Shown here: positions 59,873-64,000 of the stretch, one piece after another | Layout of the letters: the number at the start of each line of letters is the position of its first letter | Position numbering within the stretch: the first letter of the stretch is position 1 | Source of the DNA: Candidatus Altiarchaeales archaeon | GTDB taxonomy: Archaea > Altiarchaeota > Altiarchaeia > IMC4 > SCGC-AAA252-I15 | NCBI GenBank assembly: GCA_014727915.1 | Contig: WJMO01000004.1 | Span: forward strand, 1-64,000 | Direction of reading: 5' to 3' | Length of the DNA stretch: 64,000 bases | Position numbers and translations under genes: made by a program | Notes under the pieces: generated by a model | What the model saw: only the letters and a program-made list of their open reading frames with translations | Told to the model about the DNA's origin: nothing | Databases searched by the model: none

Positions 59873-60814
59873 CTACCTGTAGCGTTCAGGGTGCTTTCCT
59901 ATCCAATCGATCGTCTCAGAAAGCCCGGCTTCGAGGTCATATGCTGTCTTATGGCCCAGGAGCTCCTCTGCCTTGCTCGTGTTCGCAACCCATGAAAGGG
60001 GCTCATTTTCCCTTTTCCCCCGAACTCCGAAGTTAAGCTTTATCCTGGAGTCCATCAACCCATGAATCGTTTCCGCTGTCTCTCTTATACTGTGCTGGAT
60101 GCCACTACCCACGTTTATTATCTCCCCCGCCAAATCCGGCCTCTCCATCGCCTTCATATAGGCGGCTACGACGTCGTCCACGTATATGAAGTCCCTCACC
60201 TGACTGCCCTCCGTGAGGCTCATGTCCTCCCCCCTAAGACAGTGGGATATCACCTGCGGTATCAGCCTTATTGGCTCTTCCCATGGCCCGTAGACCGAGA
60301 ATGGGCGGAGGGTCACGATGGGCTTATCCTCCAGCCTTGAATAGGTCTGGCACATAATCGTGGCTGCCGCCTTGGCCGCGCCATAGTAGTTCACAGGTGA
60401 TGGGATGTCCTCCTCCTCCATGGGCCCTTCCTTCAGACCGTACTCGGACGAGCTCCCAGTGTTTATGAGCATCTTGTATTTTATGCCCGCTGACGCGCGA
60501 ACGAGGTTTACCGTTCCAAGGTAGTTCGTTTCGACGATCCTCTCCATGCTTGTCTGGACGTCAGGGTAGGCTCCGTAAGCCGCCAGATGCAATATGTAGT
60601 CTGGTCTTATCTCAGAAAGGGTTCTCTCGAGATGTTCGTATCTTGTTACATCGCCTTTGCGGACTTTAAGACTTGAAACTATGGGCTGCAACCTCCAGTC
60701 GTCGGATCCTTCCCTCAGGAGGGCGTGGACTTCATAACCTTCCTCGACCAGCGCCGCTGCGAGGTTTGCACCTACAAAACCAGTAGCACCCGTGATAAAG
60801 ACCTTCTCGCCCAT
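59873..60814 (-). CDS. NAD-dependent epimerase/reductase (CDP-sugar reductase-like)
   Basis: GATGFVG, GSSSEYG, YGAAK, RDFIYV.D. Confidence 0.9.
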   Translation of the reverse strand: MGEKVFITGATGFVGANLAAALVEEGYEVHALLREGSDDWRLQPIVSSLKVRKGDVTRYEHLERTLSEIRPDYILHLAAYGAYPDVQTSMERIVETNYLGTVNLVRASAGIKYKMLINTGSSSEYGLKEGPMEEEDIPSPVNYYGAAKAAATIMCQTYSRLEDKPIVTLRPFSVYGPWEEPIRLIPQVISHCLRGEDMSLTEGSQVRDFIYVDDVVAAYMKAMERPDLAGEIINVGSGIQHSIRETAETIHGLMDSRIKLNFGVRGKRENEPLSWVANTSKAEELLGHKTAYDLEAGLSETIDWIGKHPERYR

Positions 60815-60883
60815 TTTACAAAGCCTTCTGCAGAAACATCAACTATTACTAAAACAGTATTTAATAACGCTGGCTGGGTCTAT

Positions 60884-61825
60884 TCACAGGTTAACGGACC
60901 TGACCCATTCGACAGTCTCGCGCAGCCCCTCTTCAAAATCCTTCACCGGATTCCAACAAAGCTCGCGCCGGGCCTTTTCCGTGTTCGACTCCGTGTGCAT
61001 GACATCACCCATCTGATCCTTGATGTAGCTGATGGTTCCGCCGCCCGCCAGTTCGATTATCTTCTCAGCGAGCTCCTTGACCGTCACCCTGGCTCCGCCG
61101 CCGACGTTGTATACTTCACCGCCTTTCTTCAACGCCTTCAACGTGGCGTCCACCGCATCTGAAACGTATGTGAAGTCCCTGCTCTTGCTGCCGTCCCCGT
61201 AGAGTTCAAGCCGTCCGCCAGTCAACGCCGTCCGCGCGAACTTGTGGATCGCCAGGTCCGGGCGGATCCTCGGCCCATAGACGGTGAAGTACCTGAGGGA
61301 AGTGTGCTTAATCCCATAAAACCTCTCATACAGTCTCAGGTAGTGCTCGCATGCGAGCTTGCTTGCCCCATACTGTGAGATCGGATTCTTAGGATGCTCC
61401 TCGTCGAATGGAAGGTACTCTATCCTCCCATAGACTGAAGACGACGATGCGAACACAAGCTTCCTAACATTAGACTCCTTCACAGCTTCCAAGACGTTTA
61501 TAGTGCCCTGTATGTTCACCTCGCAGGTCTTCAGCGGGTCAGCGACAGAAGCTCTGACACCCGCCTGGGCGGCCTCATGGATGACATACTCCGGGCTCTC
61601 ACCATCAACCAAACCTTTCAAAAAAACACCGTCCCTGATGTCACCTTCTATGAACGTGAAATCCCCATCGAATGATCCAATGTTCCTCCTCTTGACTTCC
61701 GGGCTGTAGTAGCCGTCCAGGTTGTCCACGCAGACAACCTCATGACCTTCATTCACGAGCCTCTCGCATATGTGCGACCCTATGAACCCCGCCCCGCCAC
61801 TCACCAGAACCTTCATCCCGTTCAC
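60884..61825 (-). CDS. NAD-dependent epimerase (UDP-glucuronate/UDP-glucose 4-epimerase-like)
   Basis: GGAGFIGS, AAQAGVR, SSSSVYG, YGASK, RYFTVYGP..RPD. Confidence 0.92.
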   Translation of the reverse strand: MNGMKVLVSGGAGFIGSHICERLVNEGHEVVCVDNLDGYYSPEVKRRNIGSFDGDFTFIEGDIRDGVFLKGLVDGESPEYVIHEAAQAGVRASVADPLKTCEVNIQGTINVLEAVKESNVRKLVFASSSSVYGRIEYLPFDEEHPKNPISQYGASKLACEHYLRLYERFYGIKHTSLRYFTVYGPRIRPDLAIHKFARTALTGGRLELYGDGSKSRDFTYVSDAVDATLKALKKGGEVYNVGGGARVTVKELAEKIIELAGGGTISYIKDQMGDVMHTESNTEKARRELCWNPVKDFEEGLRETVEWVRSVNL

Positions 61826-63315
61826 CCGAATAAATCGCTTGTCTTCCAGCAGGAACCTGCTCCTCCAACACCGAATGCAATCCTATCATCGGGCATCCCG
61901 TTGCAGAACCCCCTTATCTCCTCCGGCTTGCTGTCCCAGTAGAGCCGGTCACAGCAGACATAGTCTATCCCATAGTCCAATAGTATGCTCATGTCCTCAT
62001 ACACTCTTGGGGGTACGCTGTTTGGAAACTCCCGCACCCTGACGCAATCCAACCCCGTGTAGTAGAGGCACTCGTGGACGGTGAACGGCATGACAACCCT
62101 GCTGCCCTCTGGTATCTCCTCCCGCATCATATCATAGAATGGGATGTAATCATCTACTATGCTCCTGTAGACAAAAGCGTATGAGAGCGTCCCGCCAGCC
62201 AAAACGAGCAGAGCAACACCCAACAAAACATCCTTGTGCTTGAACTTCACATCGTTCACTCCCCTCGCCACCAGTATGGGGGTGAACGGTATGAACACGA
62301 CCATCATACGGGCAAGGCTGTTGAACAGGGCAGGCACCAGCGAGACCATGAAAACAACCAGCACGAGCCCACCATACTTCAAGCCCTTCAGCTTCCCAGG
62401 ACGGTATAAGCTGGCAGATGTCAACGATAGGACCGCCAGGAGCCAGGCGATGAAACCCACGTCCGCCAACGGACCGAAGTACCTCCTCCCCGTCTCCAGG
62501 TTGTCCAGCATGTCCTCCCCCGAGTTCGGAGCCCCGACCCAGAAGTCCAAAAATATCGTCAAAGGAACCTTGGGATTCAACAGCGATCCAAGCCTGCTCT
62601 CATATCTCTGGCTGTTCCAGTCCGGATGCCCGATGCTCCCCTCAAACAACAATGGCCAAACCGGATTCCCGAAGACGATCTGGTTCCTCACATACCAGGG
62701 GCTCACCAGAAGCAGGCAGCCGATGCCAACCGCCGCAGCCCGCCTCCAATCCCTCAAACCAAGATGCACCAATACTGCGATCAACAGCGCGAGCCCATGA
62801 TAGTGGGTCAACCCGGCCGCAGCTGCTGCGACGGTGAAATAGCCCAGGTGCCTGACGCTTCCAGTCTCAAGGTAGCTGAGATAATAGTATATGCCGACCG
62901 CGCTCCAAAGGAAGAGGAGGCTGGTCGCATAGCCAACGCCGCTGTAGTACATGTGAAAGGGCAGCAGAGCGAAAACGACAATCGCATAGTTCGCGTAATC
63001 GGGGTAGAACCTCTTCACGAGAAAAGCGAAGACCACCAACCCCATCAACCCGGCGAGCAACGGCACCAGCGTCACAACCCCGGTCAGCTTGTACAATACC
63101 GCGGACGAGAGGTGGAAGAGGGGCGGGTACCAGAAGGGGTCGGTTCCGGCCGCGTGCTCGAACAAAGGGAACATCCCCGTTTCAGCAATGTACTCTGCGG
63201 TGGTGTAGTGGATGCAGCTGTCCGTCGTGGGGGGTATCATGGCCCACAGTAGTATCCTCAAAATCACTCCCACAACCAAGGCTGCCCGAACCATGCCCTC
63301 CTTCAACTTAACCAC
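61822..63315 (-). CDS. GT-C fold (ArnT/PMT-like) glycosyltransferase
   Basis: D...H, YPPLFH, PWYVRN..VFGNP; shares these motifs with 50284-52023. Confidence 0.8.
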   Translation of the reverse strand: MVKLKEGMVRAALVVGVILRILLWAMIPPTTDSCIHYTTAEYIAETGMFPLFEHAAGTDPFWYPPLFHLSSAVLYKLTGVVTLVPLLAGLMGLVVFAFLVKRFYPDYANYAIVVFALLPFHMYYSGVGYATSLLFLWSAVGIYYYLSYLETGSVRHLGYFTVAAAAAGLTHYHGLALLIAVLVHLGLRDWRRAAAVGIGCLLLVSPWYVRNQIVFGNPVWPLLFEGSIGHPDWNSQRYESRLGSLLNPKVPLTIFLDFWVGAPNSGEDMLDNLETGRRYFGPLADVGFIAWLLAVLSLTSASLYRPGKLKGLKYGGLVLVVFMVSLVPALFNSLARMMVVFIPFTPILVARGVNDVKFKHKDVLLGVALLVLAGGTLSYAFVYRSIVDDYIPFYDMMREEIPEGSRVVMPFTVHECLYYTGLDCVRVREFPNSVPPRVYEDMSILLDYGIDYVCCDRLYWDSKPEEIRGFCNGMPDDRIAFGVGGAGSCWKTSDLFG

Positions 63316-63658
63316 CCAAACCTATTAGACTAACCCCCAAGAGTATGAATGCTATGCCAGCCCACTTCAACGTGTTCATCCTCTCCCCTAGTATCCTTAC
63401 GCTTAGCAGGCAAACCCATATGTAACCTGTCGATACGAGGGGGAACAACACGGAGAGCTCCCCGCCTTTGATGCCCACCACGTAAAATATGGTGGAACTG
63501 CCGTATATGAGCACGCCTCTCATCAGGTCAGTGTTCCCCATGAGCGACTTGAGGCTGAACTCGAGCCGGTCCGCTCCCTTCTTGAAGTACACGGATCCGA
63601 AGCTTCCGCAGAAGGCGGCCAACAAGACCAGGAACACGGCCCACAGCTCAGCCACCAC
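63308..63658 (-). CDS. SMR/EamA-type small 4-TM transporter (ArnE/F-like)
   Basis: GELSVLFPL....YIW, GE.M...KW.G; GGAGGTG upstream of GTG. Confidence 0.85.
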   Translation of the reverse strand: MVAELWAVFLVLLAAFCGSFGSVYFKKGADRLEFSLKSLMGNTDLMRGVLIYGSSTIFYVVGIKGGELSVLFPLVSTGYIWVCLLSVRILGERMNTLKWAGIAFILLGVSLIGLGG

Positions 63659-64000
63659 CTTCACCTCCGTCTCTGCTGCCAAAACCGATCAGTGTGACCC
63701 CGAGGAAAACCGAAGCAACACCCGCCCACTTAAGACCGTTCATGAAATCGCTGGGGAAGAAATGGGGCGACGCAATCGCCACCCAGATGAAGTTCATCGC
63801 ATAGATGGGATACAAGACCGACAGCTCCCCGTACTTCAACGCCACCACCAGCACGACCGCAGCCAACGCGTACATGCCATAGCCGACACCCAAGGGAAGC
63901 AATATGACTGCTGCATCAACAAGCGTTGAAACGCTGCCTATGCCCTGCAGGAGCTCCGGTTCAACGTTGTTGGCTCCCATCTTGATGAGTATCTGCCCTG
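63648..64000 (-). CDS. SMR/EamA-type small transporter (partial, N-terminus off window)
   Basis: GQILIKMG..., GELSVLYPI, KWAG; frame open to window end. Confidence 0.8.
   Translation of the reverse strand, partial: GQILIKMGANNVEPELLQGIGSVSTLVDAAVILLPLGVGYGMYALAAVVLVVALKYGELSVLYPIYAMNFIWVAIASPHFFPSDFMNGLKWAGVASVFLGVTLIGFGSRDGGEGGG

Overview
Archaeal chromosomal window. Evidence: PriL, EndA, RadA, MCM, LonB, archaeal-type SAM synthetase, L40e, S17e, AglH and TATA-type promoters. Gene content and pilin-like motifs suggest a DPANN/Altiarchaeota-like lineage; this is inference only. The left half (1-30 kb) is housekeeping: primase, tRNA splicing endonuclease, Kae1, LonB-RadA-MAT, the HMG-CoA synthase/thiolase/DUF35 module, MCM, Acs and a presenilin-type protease, interspersed with orphan and surface proteins. 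The right half (30-64 kb) is a large surface-glycosylation island. Main highlights: (1) an archaeal Arn-like operon (nucleotide-sugar dehydrogenase, ArnA split into formyltransferase and decarboxylase-like genes, ArnB-like, GT2, ArnT-like GT-C, ArnE/F-like pair), with no ArnD seen; (2) an initiator tRNA-Met with a 32-nt non-canonical T-loop intron, in the same window as a single-unit EndA; (3) three 'local duplication + hairpin filler' micro-insertions, at endA and at both ends of tRNA-Gly; (4) a pore-less voltage-sensor protein; (5) a solo Cas4 coupled to a membrane-anchored OB-fold protein; (6) an unannotated 32-aa TM peptide behind the presenilin-like protease; (7) an AT-rich nested inverted-repeat site between convergent genes. 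All family assignments come from motif recognition by eye; no database searches were run.
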